NCBI GenBank assembly: GCA_964642505.1
Contig: CAZXQY010000003.1
Location: 324-64,323 of the forward strand
Direction: 5' to 3'
DNA: 64,000 nucleotides
From: an uncultured Gammaproteobacteria bacterium
Lineage (GTDB): Bacteria; Pseudomonadota; Gammaproteobacteria; Ga0077536
Positions 21,919 through 32,113 of the stretch are shown piece by piece (position 1 is the stretch's first letter; every line of letters begins with the position of its first letter). The translations under genes were made by a program, and so were the position numbers. The notes beneath the pieces are model-generated. The model was not told the origin of the DNA and made no database searches. It saw only the letters and a program-made list of their open reading frames with translations.

Positions 21919-22578
21919 CTATAACTTAGACGCAACTTCCTTCATGACGAGGGCGGCGGCACCCATCATTTGTTTCACAAAATAGGGTGGTTCAAGAGCA
22001 CCCAAAGACTGAGCTCTCGATCCATGTTCTAACTCGTCTTCTCGCATTTGCTGAAGTATTTGACGAGTCCGGTGATCATCTAAGGGTGTTCTCGATAGGT
22101 GCGCTTCCAGGTGTCGCGATACCTGTTTCTCGGTCTCCTCCACAAAGCCCAGGTTTTTTTGGTCTCCCACCAGCGAAATAAGAGCCCCCATAAAAAAAGA
22201 ACCAAAAAACCAAAATTGTGTGAAAAGACTAATTGAACCACTCAATTCTTCAAGTCGACGAGAACACCACACTAAGTGTCTTCGCTCTTCGGAAGCAGCT
22301 TCTTTCATAAAAGCAAACGTGGTGTGGTCTCTGGCAAATAAAGCCTGCCCCAAATAAAGCCCTTGCGCGGAAACCTCTCCAGCATGATTAACACGCATTA
22401 AGGCGACTACATTACATTTCTCAGATTCACTTATCCATCTTTTTCTCTCTGGCGCCCGGGGGTAATCCTCTAAATAATTCGTCGCATTGGAGGATTCAAT
22501 ATCTATCCGAAATATGCTATCAAAGCGTTCAATCAGAACATCTAGTCCAGAGGGGCACCTCACATTAGAATTTAGCAT
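21919..22578 (-). CDS. coq7: Demethoxyubiquinone hydroxylase Coq7 (di-iron carboxylate)
   Basis: Repeated E...EExH ferritin-like motifs (RVNHAGEVSAQGLY...; EDELEH). Confidence 0.8.
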   Translation of the reverse strand: MLNSNVRCPSGLDVLIERFDSIFRIDIESSNATNYLEDYPRAPERKRWISESEKCNVVALMRVNHAGEVSAQGLYLGQALFARDHTTFAFMKEAASEERRHLVWCSRRLEELSGSISLFTQFWFFGSFFMGALISLVGDQKNLGFVEETEKQVSRHLEAHLSRTPLDDHRTRQILQQMREDELEHGSRAQSLGALEPPYFVKQMMGAAALVMKEVASKL

Positions 22579-22712
22579 CTCGGAATCCTAAAAATTATAC
22601 CTATCATGGTATAATACCATTTATATATCATTGACAGTTATCTGCGTTACTCGTAATATCCACCGTTTGCACGTTTGTTTTAACCACTAAATATTTTTCG
22701 GCGACTTTTCTG

Positions 22713-23144
22713 ATGAAAACATTTTCGGTCACTCCATCTGATATTAAACGAGACTGGTACCTAGTGGACGCGACTGACAAGATACTGGGCAGACTGGCTA
22801 GTGAAATTGCAAAAAGATTGCGAGGGAAACATAAGCCCGAATACACACCGCATGCCGACACGGGCGACTACATAGTTGTGGTAAACGCAGAAAATATAAA
22901 AGTCTCAGGGAACAAGTTGGAAGATAAAGTATATTATCGCCATTCCGGATACCCTGGAGGACTAAAAAGTACAAATTTAGAAGATTTGTTAGCTAAATCC
23001 CCAACGGCTGCCATCGAATATGCTGTAAAAGGCATGCTCCCGAAAGGCCCTCTCGGGAGAGCTATGTTCAAAAAGCTCAAAGTCTACAGTGGACCAAATC
23101 ACAAACATTCCGCTCAGCAACCAACAACTTTGGAACTATCCTAA
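22713..23144 (+). CDS. rplM: 50S ribosomal protein L13
   Basis: [19 protein letters not shown] signature. rplM-rpsI operon. Confidence 0.95.
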   Translation: MKTFSVTPSDIKRDWYLVDATDKILGRLASEIAKRLRGKHKPEYTPHADTGDYIVVVNAENIKVSGNKLEDKVYYRHSGYPGGLKSTNLEDLLAKSPTAAIEYAVKGMLPKGPLGRAMFKKLKVYSGPNHKHSAQQPTTLELS

Positions 23145-23147
23145 ATT

Positions 23148-23540
23148 ATGGAAAAATCAGAGCATCTACGCACCGGCCGAAGGAAGACCTCCACTGCCAG
23201 AGTTTTCCTAAAACGAGGGTCAGGACAGATAAATGTAAATGGGAAACCACTTGACGAGTATTTCGGAAGAGTAACCGGTCGGATGTTGGTAAAGCAGCCC
23301 TTAGAGTGCGTTGATATGCTTGATTCACTTGATATCAGAGTAACCGTAAAAGGGGGTGGGAATACCGGGCAAGCTGGAGCAATACAACTGGGAATCACTA
23401 GGGCATTGATAGGATATGATCAAAGTTTTAGAGCTCCTCTTCGGGCCGGAGGATTTGTGACAAGAGATGCCAGAGAAGTAGAACGAAAAAAAATCGGTTT
23501 ACACAAAGCTCGTAAAAAGCCGCAATTCAGTAAACGCTAA
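23148..23540 (+). CDS. rpsI: 30S ribosomal protein S9
   Basis: [13 protein letters not shown]...C-terminal KKPQFSKR. Confidence 0.95.
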   Translation: MEKSEHLRTGRRKTSTARVFLKRGSGQINVNGKPLDEYFGRVTGRMLVKQPLECVDMLDSLDIRVTVKGGGNTGQAGAIQLGITRALIGYDQSFRAPLRAGGFVTRDAREVERKKIGLHKARKKPQFSKR

Positions 23541-23641
23541 GAATTCCCCTTCCGTTTAAACGCGCAACCGCGTCCGAGCTCCTCTTCGACGGGGCGGCAG
23601 CTAGTGGTCTTAAGTCCAACAGTAGCTCCTAATTCTGTTTT

Positions 23642-23712
23642 TGGGGGATCGTCTAATGGTAGGACAGCGGACTCTGACTCCGCCAGTCTAGGTTCGAATC
23701 CTAGTCCCCCAG
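23642..23712 (+). tRNA. tRNA-Gln (anticodon CTG)
   Basis: Cloverleaf folded by hand: acceptor TGGGGGA/TCCCCCA, anticodon loop CTCTGAC, T-loop GGTTCGAATCC. Close to E. coli glnV. Confidence 0.85.
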
Positions 23713-23877
23713 GCATTTACAAGTGAGAAGCGGCTCTGGAAGCACACCCAACGAACGCTAATTAATGAATAAATCCACTCTTTCTGGTAATTTCAACTTG
23801 TTAGTTGTAATTTATTTAGTATAAATAATATTTGAAATTAATTATCGCCTTTTGTCACTTTAGCTAAGGGGAAGACT

Positions 23878-25263
23878 ATGCACGTAAAACGATTCGATTT
23901 CGATTACAGTAGACGGTACTTTCTGGAAAAAACTATGGCCGGAGCGGGTGGAGCAGGTGTCCTAACCGCTCTATGGCCCGAAATTTGTCGTTCTTACTCC
24001 GCCGCCAAGTCGTATCCCGACGAACTCTTGGATATAGAAACCTTTACTAAGGGACAAGTAAAGGTTGGAGATGTGATAGATGCAGATAATGTCCTACTTG
24101 TTCAAGATTTAATCGACCCTATCACTTATCAAGAAGTTTTACAGGACGGGAGAAAGTTCTTCATCCAGCCATCTATCCAAGAAGCAGACACTATGTATCC
24201 TCCCTATTTTTTGGATGCGACAATACGCAATCAAGGCCAAGCCACTTTTGATAGTATCGGGAACGTGTATACAAAAGATGGCAAACCATGGATAGGCGGA
24301 CTGCCGTTCCCAGAAGTTTCAAGTGGCGACGAAGCTATCGCGAATATTACCTTGAGCTGGGGACGACACGATAAAGCTATGTACACAATACCGGCAGTGA
24401 CAGTAGACAAGGAAGGAGAACAAAGATTTGAATACGAATGGATTTGGGCTGAACAACAATGCTCCGGCTTGGTTCACCCGAGGGAAAGTAGTCCCTACCT
24501 GGACGGATACGACCATCTTTCCCGAATGCAGGTTATCTGGTTTACGTACACTCTAGACGTTAAGGGTCATGCGTTCTTAAGTTATTGGAAATACGATCAA
24601 AGGGAAATACCTGATCTTTGGGGCTACCTGCCTTCATTGAAAAGAGTACGACGTTTCCCTGCTAACCAAAGATTTGAACCCTATATGCCTGGAATGAACC
24701 TATACCTCTCCGACGCATGGGCATCTGGCGATCCTATGCTCACTTGGGGGAACTGGAAGATAATACACAGAGGTCCATTCTTGGCTTCACCTCACTTTCA
24801 ATGGCAACCGGATAATCCCAATTGGGCCCCCTCACTGATCGGTGGCAATCAAGGACAATCTTACTATTATGTAGGTAAATCTCTAATACCAGAGGTAATT
24901 GTGTTTGAAGGCGAACCAGTAGGTTTCCCAAGCGCACCAGTTAGCAAAAGAAGAATTTTCCTAGACACTAGGAACATGGGAGCTGCAGTGGCCATAACCT
25001 ACGATCGCAATGGTGATGTCTGGAAAGGCTTAGAAGGAGGAGGAGGATTGGCACAAACGGACTCTCAGTCTATATTAACTTCCGACGGAAGACCGGAATG
25101 GAGCTGGTGGTGGGCGATGAGCCATGACGTCCAAAGAAACGACGTGACACGGTTTCACAACGCTCCTACCAGTAGAGGAACCTGGGAATTCGCCTTAGAT
25201 CCTGAAGAAGATTTTGTTGCAAGGTATATGACAAAACAAGCCTTGAGGAGGATGGGAATTTAA
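23878..25263 (+). CDS. Tat-signal periplasmic protein of unknown function (Trp-rich; possibly DUF1329-like)
   Basis: N-terminal SRRYFLEK twin-arginine motif followed by an A/G-rich hydrophobic segment. No recognisable catalytic motif. Tryptophan-rich C-terminus. Confidence 0.5.
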   Translation: MHVKRFDFDYSRRYFLEKTMAGAGGAGVLTALWPEICRSYSAAKSYPDELLDIETFTKGQVKVGDVIDADNVLLVQDLIDPITYQEVLQDGRKFFIQPSIQEADTMYPPYFLDATIRNQGQATFDSIGNVYTKDGKPWIGGLPFPEVSSGDEAIANITLSWGRHDKAMYTIPAVTVDKEGEQRFEYEWIWAEQQCSGLVHPRESSPYLDGYDHLSRMQVIWFTYTLDVKGHAFLSYWKYDQREIPDLWGYLPSLKRVRRFPANQRFEPYMPGMNLYLSDAWASGDPMLTWGNWKIIHRGPFLASPHFQWQPDNPNWAPSLIGGNQGQSYYYVGKSLIPEVIVFEGEPVGFPSAPVSKRRIFLDTRNMGAAVAITYDRNGDVWKGLEGGGGLAQTDSQSILTSDGRPEWSWWWAMSHDVQRNDVTRFHNAPTSRGTWEFALDPEEDFVARYMTKQALRRMGI

Positions 25264-25297
25264 ATTAGTTAGGAACTAACCGTCGATAAATTATTTC

Positions 25298-25981
25298 ATG
25301 TCCAAATACATCCTATCGAAAGACGTTTTTGACATAGGTTATTTCACTGACCATTTGGACAAAACCTTAAGGTTTTGGAAAAACGAACTGGGATCGGATT
25401 GTGAAACTCCTGTACGGTATAACGATGGTTTGACACAATATCGCTACCCTCTTAGAGAAACCATTATTAAGGTAAACACGTCAGATAGAAAACTGGCGAA
25501 ACCGCCAAGTGGATACACTGAACTTTTCATTGCGACGAAAGGTATAAATTCCCCCAAAAGTCTACATAACCCCGATGGCGAACTGGTTACATTTGTCCCG
25601 AAAGGGTATTTGGGAATATCAGAAACTGCCATAAAGGTTTCCGTTAGCAATACTAAGTCACACGGACATTTTTACGAAATTGTGATGGGATTTGAGAAAA
25701 TTGGAGAAAATTCTTTCCGCTCTGGAAATTGTCTCTTGTTTACAGAGAAAAAAGAACAACAAGAGAGAGCCGGCCATTGGGTAAATTTTGGCTTTAGGTA
25801 CTTCACGGTCCACGTGCGTAACTTAGACGACACTTTCAACAGGATGGTTGCTGCGGGCGCGGAAGTGGGAGAAGAGCCGTATGCAATTGGAGACATTGCC
25901 AAAATTTCATTTGTACGCGATCCGGATGGCAATTGGATAGAAGTAGCCCAAAGAGCGTCTTTAGCTGGTCCCTGGACGTAA
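25298..25981 (+). CDS. VOC-family (glyoxalase/bleomycin-resistance/dioxygenase fold) protein
   Basis: Two βαβββ modules and a C-terminal DPDGNWIEV motif. Confidence 0.6.
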   Translation: MSKYILSKDVFDIGYFTDHLDKTLRFWKNELGSDCETPVRYNDGLTQYRYPLRETIIKVNTSDRKLAKPPSGYTELFIATKGINSPKSLHNPDGELVTFVPKGYLGISETAIKVSVSNTKSHGHFYEIVMGFEKIGENSFRSGNCLLFTEKKEQQERAGHWVNFGFRYFTVHVRNLDDTFNRMVAAGAEVGEEPYAIGDIAKISFVRDPDGNWIEVAQRASLAGPWT

Positions 25982-25991
25982 AAGAACAACC

Positions 25992-26762
25992 TTGAAACAT
26001 TACAAGACAATTATTTTCGATTTGTTTAATACAGTCGTTCTTTGGGAACCAAGAAAAATCCCTACCTTTATATACGAAGATAGAAAATTTCGCTCCACCA
26101 ATATGGCTACTTATCAGACCTTAGGAAAGTATAGGGAATTAGTTTCTTTTCCTGAATATCACCGAGCTTGCCAAACAGTAACGGCCCAATTAACAGAAAA
26201 GAAAAAACAGAGTACCAGGGAAATCTCTTCCTTGGACCGATTCAGTTCCATTTTAAAGTCTCTAGATTTTATAGATGCTGAGACGGCAAACGTTTTAGCG
26301 AAGAAAATTGTCTCGACCCACATGGGAATCTTAACTGCCGCTACTTTCATTCCGAAGGCACACATCTTTGAATTAAGGCAACTGCATCTCGAATACCAAA
26401 TCGGCCTGCTATCAAATTTTGATGACAGCCAAACTGTTAAACGGATTTTAGAAAGTGCTGAAATCGACCAATTTTTCGAATCTACCGTAGTTTCTGAAAA
26501 AATTGGTGTGCGAAAGCCTTCTCAGAAAATATTTGCGATTTCTCTTTCTGAACTTAACGCTGACCCGGAGGAGACGTTATTCGTTGGTGATTCCTGGGAA
26601 GAAGATATTGTGGGGGCAATGGATATCGGGATGGACGCCATATGGATAAATGCGGATCGACATAAAATACCTACCCCAAAGGGATCTCTCTGTACTGAAT
26701 CTAGCGTTAGATGTTTACCCTCTATAACAGAACTTTCACATTTCCTACAAAATTTGGCATAG
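25992..26762 (+). CDS. HAD-family hydrolase
   Basis: FDLFNT motif I and GDSWEEDIVGA motif IV. Confidence 0.65.
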   Translation: MKHYKTIIFDLFNTVVLWEPRKIPTFIYEDRKFRSTNMATYQTLGKYRELVSFPEYHRACQTVTAQLTEKKKQSTREISSLDRFSSILKSLDFIDAETANVLAKKIVSTHMGILTAATFIPKAHIFELRQLHLEYQIGLLSNFDDSQTVKRILESAEIDQFFESTVVSEKIGVRKPSQKIFAISLSELNADPEETLFVGDSWEEDIVGAMDIGMDAIWINADRHKIPTPKGSLCTESSVRCLPSITELSHFLQNLA

Positions 26763-28595
26763 ACCTGGATTTAAAACTACTATCAACGCAACCGAAAAAA
26801 TTAAGACTGCAAAAGAAGCAGACCCCAAGAAAATATCCTTGAGAGATAAGTCTTCAGTACTTAATGAAGCTTTTATCGTAAAAACACTTAGACCCAATGG
26901 TGGGGTCAGCAGTCCCACTTCGACTCCTAAAAGGGAAACTATCCCAAACCAGATAAGATCGCCGTTTAAATCAATAATCGTAGGCATGGCGAAGGGCACC
27001 AGTATTAGCAATATAGAAGTGGAATCAATTAGCATTCCTATTAAAACTAGGCAAAAAAGATAAATCAAAGTGAATTCAGTAAGTGTTAATTCGGCTGTGG
27101 TGACGAATTCACCGATTAGGTCTGGAATTCCAGATAACGTTAGCATCATGCCAAACATAGAAGCTCCTAGTATCAAGAACAGAATATTCGCAGAGGTTTC
27201 CGTCGCTGAGAAAAAAGAGTTTTTGAGAACCCGTAGATTAGAACCTCGAACCAGAATAGAAAAAATTATAGCAAACGCCGCTCCAACCGCACCGGCTTCG
27301 GTAGGTGTAAATATACCACTATAGATACCTCCTAAAACAGCTACTAATATTAGCAAAATCAAATAGAAACCTGTGAAAGTTCTCTGATCCGGTTTATCTA
27401 TTAAGAAGTTCTCGGCTTTAGTTCTCCCGATGTTTAAATAAGATAAAATTAAGACCTTGAATACAAGAAGAAATACCAAGATTAAACCCGGAATAATAGC
27501 CGCCAAAAAAAGACGATTGATCGAAACTTCGGCTATCACTCCATAAACAATTAATAAGATACTAGGAGGAATCAGCATTCCCAAAACTGAAGAACCAGCA
27601 ATCAGGCCAACGGAAAACCGAGGGGTATAACCTTCTTCTATCAAGTAAGGATACGCAATCTTACTGAAAATCGCAGCTGAAGCAATCGATACTCCAGTTA
27701 TCGCCGCGAAAAGAGCGTTGGCAAGTACGGTAGCAATCCCCAACCCTCCCCATAACTTAGCGGTCATCCAACGCACAACTCGCAAACCGTCTCTACCAAT
27801 ATCGGCCTCACTAACAACAAGCCCCAACAAAATAAACATAGGAACTGCTGAAAAAACGTAGCTTGAGACAGCCCCTCCGGAGACCATAGCTAACGTATCA
27901 CTAGCTACAACGAAACTTTCCCGCAGCAATCCTATTCCAAGCAATGAGGACATGATAAGCGAGAAGGCCATTGGAATCCCAAGACCCACAAGTACTAAAA
28001 GTAAAGAAATGGCGGCGAAGCCTAAACTAACATTTTCTTCGAATATTGAAACAACCGGAAAGAGTAGCGAGAAAAACAAAAGTGCGAAGAATAATAGAAG
28101 ACCTCTGTTGGTAGCTCTGCCCCACCAAATAAATAGACGTTCAATCGCCACACCAACAAATATACCGCTTCCTAAAACTATCCCTAATTTGCACGGCCAG
28201 ATCATCAGAATAAAGTCTCCTGGGACGCCAAGAAACTCCTGATTTGAAAAAGATCTCCAAAAACTACGAACGTTAGCCATTAACAGGGTCGTGCCCAATA
28301 CTAGAGACACCGCCAACAAAAAAACTTCCGCAAATCGATTAAAATAATGCCCTTTTCTCCCAACAGCATTAGAAAGTAAATCCGCAGAAATCAGATATCC
28401 CTTTGAAAAAATAAAAGGTAACCCTAAGAAAACAAACGCCGGTAAAATCAAGGAAATCAATTCGATTATGCCCAATACGGGTCGTCCCAAAATATTACGG
28501 CCGACAACATCAATATTAATAATAACGAAAAGGACGCCAATTAGAAAAGCCGAGACGGTAAATAAGATGTTAGAAACTTGGCTTGGTTTTTTCAT
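26745..28595 (-). CDS. TRAP transporter fused small/large permease (DctQM)
   Basis: 616-aa polytopic protein with an N-terminal DctQ-like module fused to a DctM module. Confidence 0.8.
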   Translation of the reverse strand: MKKPSQVSNILFTVSAFLIGVLFVIINIDVVGRNILGRPVLGIIELISLILPAFVFLGLPFIFSKGYLISADLLSNAVGRKGHYFNRFAEVFLLAVSLVLGTTLLMANVRSFWRSFSNQEFLGVPGDFILMIWPCKLGIVLGSGIFVGVAIERLFIWWGRATNRGLLLFFALLFFSLLFPVVSIFEENVSLGFAAISLLLVLVGLGIPMAFSLIMSSLLGIGLLRESFVVASDTLAMVSGGAVSSYVFSAVPMFILLGLVVSEADIGRDGLRVVRWMTAKLWGGLGIATVLANALFAAITGVSIASAAIFSKIAYPYLIEEGYTPRFSVGLIAGSSVLGMLIPPSILLIVYGVIAEVSINRLFLAAIIPGLILVFLLVFKVLILSYLNIGRTKAENFLIDKPDQRTFTGFYLILLILVAVLGGIYSGIFTPTEAGAVGAAFAIIFSILVRGSNLRVLKNSFFSATETSANILFLILGASMFGMMLTLSGIPDLIGEFVTTAELTLTEFTLIYLFCLVLIGMLIDSTSILLILVPFAMPTIIDLNGDLIWFGIVSLLGVEVGLLTPPLGLSVFTIKASLSTEDLSLKDIFLGSASFAVLIFSVALIVVLNPGLCQIL

Positions 28596-28627
28596 TTTAA
28601 AGATAAGATCTAGTTCTCAGTAACTCG

Positions 28628-29722
28628 TCACTTCACTTCCGAATCCCATGCTCTCATAGGTTCAATACCCTTAGCCCTTAATCCATTCATAAGACTTACG
28701 ACTACCCGTTTCGCCGGCAGTCCTTTTTCTTCGTTGCGCCTCACCCAATTCTCTCCAAGGGGCGGAAGAGAATTAATCCAAACATCTTTTTCTATCGCGC
28801 TCAATTTTGAAACGATAACACCTTCGCTAATCAGGGCACGGAGCGCTTGTTCAGATTTTTGTAGAGCTAACTCAGCACTTCGTCTCGAATATTCTCTAGC
28901 CAGTTCTTGAAAAAGCGCTCGCCAAGCCATTGGCATTGAATTCCATTTATCTAAATTAACGACTAAACCGCCGACACTCTGAGCTCCTACTCCTACAAGC
29001 GTTAAATAAGGAGCAACTTCGTGCAATCGAAAAGGATAGGCTCCCGTCAAGATAGTTAAGGCACCATCCGCCACACCTGTTTTGATCTGAGTATAATAAG
29101 TTGTTAGAGCACCGTTGACAGCAACGGCTCCAGAACCTTTTAACCAAATCCTCGCTGCCCCCGGCGCGAGAATCTTTTTGTCACGAAGATCGCCAAAACT
29201 CTTCACAGGAAATTTCGTTAAAAGATGATAAGTATCAACACCTGTCGCTCCTAGAAATTTCACGTTACACTTTTCCCAACCCTGTTTCATTTCAGGAATC
29301 TCATCGTGCAACTCATTTACTACTTCCAGTAGAGCGACTAAATCATCTGTTATAAAAGGTAGGCTATAAGTCATATTGGACAATGGCAACCTGGAGGACT
29401 CCCACACGGACCCGACCCAACCAACATCGGAAAGCCCGATCTCTACGCCTGCTAGACTATCATGCCATCTGTAAAGGGTGCCCCAAGCTCTAGTCCATCT
29501 TAAATTAGTACTTGGCTCAAGCTCATAAACTCTTCTGTTGAAACTCGGAATAAATTCGTCCCGCAGCAAGTATACCCAAGGTAACGTCGGCGGATGGGCG
29601 GTAGCGATCACCAGCTCAACATCTTTTGCCGCGGATACGGTAGCTACAAACAGCCCTGTGACGAACAGAACGATCACCTGTACTCGCTTTTTTTTAACCA
29701 AAAGCAGCGAGGCCATACCCAT
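28628..29722 (-). CDS. TRAP transporter substrate-binding protein (DctP-type)
   Basis: Signal peptide plus a periplasmic binding-protein fold. Located directly upstream of the fused TRAP permease. Confidence 0.7.
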   Translation of the reverse strand: MGMASLLLVKKKRVQVIVLFVTGLFVATVSAAKDVELVIATAHPPTLPWVYLLRDEFIPSFNRRVYELEPSTNLRWTRAWGTLYRWHDSLAGVEIGLSDVGWVGSVWESSRLPLSNMTYSLPFITDDLVALLEVVNELHDEIPEMKQGWEKCNVKFLGATGVDTYHLLTKFPVKSFGDLRDKKILAPGAARIWLKGSGAVAVNGALTTYYTQIKTGVADGALTILTGAYPFRLHEVAPYLTLVGVGAQSVGGLVVNLDKWNSMPMAWRALFQELAREYSRRSAELALQKSEQALRALISEGVIVSKLSAIEKDVWINSLPPLGENWVRRNEEKGLPAKRVVVSLMNGLRAKGIEPMRAWDSEVK

Positions 29723-29727
29723 CTCGA

Positions 29728-30504
29728 TTATCCGGCTACTGTCAAACCGCCGTCCACCGGTAACAAGGCTCCTGTTACATATGCTGCGGCCTTAGAGGAT
29801 AAAAATACTGCTACGCCCCCTATATCTTGACTCTCTCCCATTCTCCCCAAAGGAACACCTGATTCGATAGCCTCAGAACCCATTTTTTCTACCATAGGCT
29901 TCATCATATCTGTCAAGAATGGCCCCGGAGCAATGGTGTTAACGGTCAAATGCCTACCCGCTAGCCTCGATGCTAGTATCCTAGTCATATGATGGAGACC
30001 GGCTTTGGAGGTGGAATAAGAGATATTATCGAACAATGAAGTCTGAATGCCGTCTACGGAGCCAATATTAATAATCCGAGCGGGATCGCTATCTTTAGCA
30101 CCCAGCTCAAGCAGCGGCAAAAATTTCTGCACAACAAAAAACGGTGACTTCAGATTAAGTGCCAACACTTTATCCCACCCTTTTTCCGGGAAATCGTCTA
30201 TATTATCTCCCCACGTAGTACCCGAATTATTGATTAAAACATTCAGATGTTTTTCTTTCATGCGAAATTCCGAAACCAGTCTTTCGACCTCTTCTATTTT
30301 AGATAAATCAGCAGGTAGGGCTTCACAATTACCGCCTTTTGACAACCTTTGCGCCAGGTTCATACAATTTTCACCATTTCTAGACGAAATATAGACCTTC
30401 GCGCCAGCCTCTACGAAGGATTTAGTCAACATAAGTCCAATTCCTCGCGCCCCACCCGTAATTAAGACAATTTTTCCAGTGATATCAAATAGTTTTAAAG
30501 GCAA
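29728..30504 (-). CDS. Short-chain dehydrogenase/reductase (SDR)
   Basis: TGGARGIG Rossmann motif, NNSG and a YSTSK catalytic motif. Confidence 0.85.
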   Translation of the reverse strand: MPLKLFDITGKIVLITGGARGIGLMLTKSFVEAGAKVYISSRNGENCMNLAQRLSKGGNCEALPADLSKIEEVERLVSEFRMKEKHLNVLINNSGTTWGDNIDDFPEKGWDKVLALNLKSPFFVVQKFLPLLELGAKDSDPARIINIGSVDGIQTSLFDNISYSTSKAGLHHMTRILASRLAGRHLTVNTIAPGPFLTDMMKPMVEKMGSEAIESGVPLGRMGESQDIGGVAVFLSSKAAAYVTGALLPVDGGLTVAG

Positions 30505-30603
30505 AATGTCCCCCGATCTGAATGGATTTAAGAAGATGACACTGTAATAAGCAAACCTTGAAAATTCAAGGATAACAATAGACTCTTTAGGGGTAACAAG
30601 ATA

Positions 30604-30969
30604 TTGGACTTAGGACAAATTCGTCTCTCAGACGGAAACAAAGTTTTGGTAGACAATTGCTATCGAACGACTAGTTCTTGGGAAAGATTCAGAGGACTTA
30701 TCGGTCGTATGCCGCTCTCCGATTCGACGGCTTTATTCCTAGATCCTAGCGACTGTATCCACACATTTTTTATGCGATACCCAATAGACCTAGTATATCT
30801 GGATGAAAATCTCTGCGTAAAGAAAGCTATTAGTTTAATTAAGCCTTGGAGAATCTCAGCATGCTTCCAGGCTAGTTGCGTTTTAGCCCTGAGCGGCGGA
30901 TCGGTCAAAAGACACGCACTCACCCTTCAGAAACAGCTCGTTTGGTCTCTAAAATACAATCTGTGGTGA
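30604..30969 (+). CDS. DUF192-family protein
   Basis: WERFRGLIGR...IHTFFMRYPIDLVYLD conserved core of the COG1430/DUF192 family. Confidence 0.65.
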   Translation: MDLGQIRLSDGNKVLVDNCYRTTSSWERFRGLIGRMPLSDSTALFLDPSDCIHTFFMRYPIDLVYLDENLCVKKAISLIKPWRISACFQASCVLALSGGSVKRHALTLQKQLVWSLKYNLW

Positions 30970-31072
30970 CTTTTCCTGTCTAATATTGGTAGGAAAATCG
31001 CCAGTTGCCGTCCGATCGAAAAAAATTAATAATCTTGTCTCAGGAACAAGACGTAATTCTAGGAGGAACACA

Positions 31073-31408
31073 ATGGGAAACGTTGGCACTACTAAGGTAT
31101 TCGAAAACGAAAAAATTATCGTATGGGAGTTCTCGCTTAAACCTGGAGAAGAAACCCCCATACATGAGCACCAACATGATTACATTTTTTACATTCTTAA
31201 TGGATCCACCTTGCAAGTCTTTGACGAAGGGGGCGCAGATTTGGGAACACTCGATGCGAGCACTGGATCAGTATTTGCCTTCAAAGTTGAAGACAGCCAC
31301 CTTGTGTCAGTAGACGGAAAAAATCACAGAGTACCAGCTACCCACTCCGCGAAAAATGTAGGATCGGAAGACTATCGTGAAATCTTAGTAGAAACTAAGC
31401 AGGTCTAA
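31073..31408 (+). CDS. Cupin-domain protein
   Basis: HEHQHDYIFYILNG cupin motif. Start placed at an ATG preceded by an AGGAGGAACA ribosome-binding site; the upstream ORF extension is unlikely. Confidence 0.6.
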   Translation: MGNVGTTKVFENEKIIVWEFSLKPGEETPIHEHQHDYIFYILNGSTLQVFDEGGADLGTLDASTGSVFAFKVEDSHLVSVDGKNHRVPATHSAKNVGSEDYREILVETKQV

Positions 31409-31417
31409 ATTGATTCT

Positions 31418-31876
31418 ATGCCTCCCATGGGAGTCCAGTATATGAACGATATCACAAATGAGCCAGACCAATCCGCCCAAAAGGCTGCCTCTGTCATGTA
31501 TGAAAGAGACGTCGCCGCTCAAAAGCTAGGGATTTCCCTCGAAAAAGTAGAAGAGGGCTATGCAATACTCAAAATGACAGTTAAGGATTGGATGATCCAG
31601 GGCCATAACGTATGTCATGGTGGGTTTATATTCTCTTTAGCGGATACCGCGATGGCTTATGCAAGCAACAGCAGGAACAAAGTCAATGTGGCCATGAGCG
31701 CTAACATCGATTTCTTACGACCAGCTGAACTAGAAGAAACTCTGACAGCTGTAGCTAACGAGGGTAATCTAACGAGAAACACAGGTATGTATGACGTTAA
31801 GGTTTACAGTTCTAGTAGACGATTGATCTGCCACTTTCGAGGTCGGACCTTCAATACGCAATCAGATGTTGTATAG
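31418..31876 (+). CDS. PaaI-family hotdog-fold acyl-CoA thioesterase
   Basis: CHGGFIFSLADTA catalytic motif. Start could be at one of the internal Met codons (31427 or 31442). Confidence 0.75.
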   Translation: MPPMGVQYMNDITNEPDQSAQKAASVMYERDVAAQKLGISLEKVEEGYAILKMTVKDWMIQGHNVCHGGFIFSLADTAMAYASNSRNKVNVAMSANIDFLRPAELEETLTAVANEGNLTRNTGMYDVKVYSSSRRLICHFRGRTFNTQSDVV

Positions 31877-31894
31877 GCAAATAAAAATTTAATC

Positions 31895-32104
31895 GTGTCT
31901 CCTCTCTTAATTTTTGATGTTTTAAATTTGGGGCTCGCCATACTGCTGATCGGACTAGGCATCCTGATCCAATTTATACCAAACTTAGATAATTATTTTT
32001 TGAATCTAATCAAAGTCTTACCGTTCCTTAGACCCTTGAGATCCCGACTAATTCAGCTAATAGTTGGTTTTGCCTTCGTCGGCATAGGGATCCGCATGTT
32101 CTGA
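31895..32104 (+). CDS. Small hydrophobic protein (2 TM), hypothetical
   Basis: 69-aa ORF with two predicted TM helices and a GTG start. No strong ribosome-binding site. Confidence 0.3.
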   Translation: MSPLLIFDVLNLGLAILLIGLGILIQFIPNLDNYFLNLIKVLPFLRPLRSRLIQLIVGFAFVGIGIRMF

Positions 32105-32113
32105 CCAGAGAAA

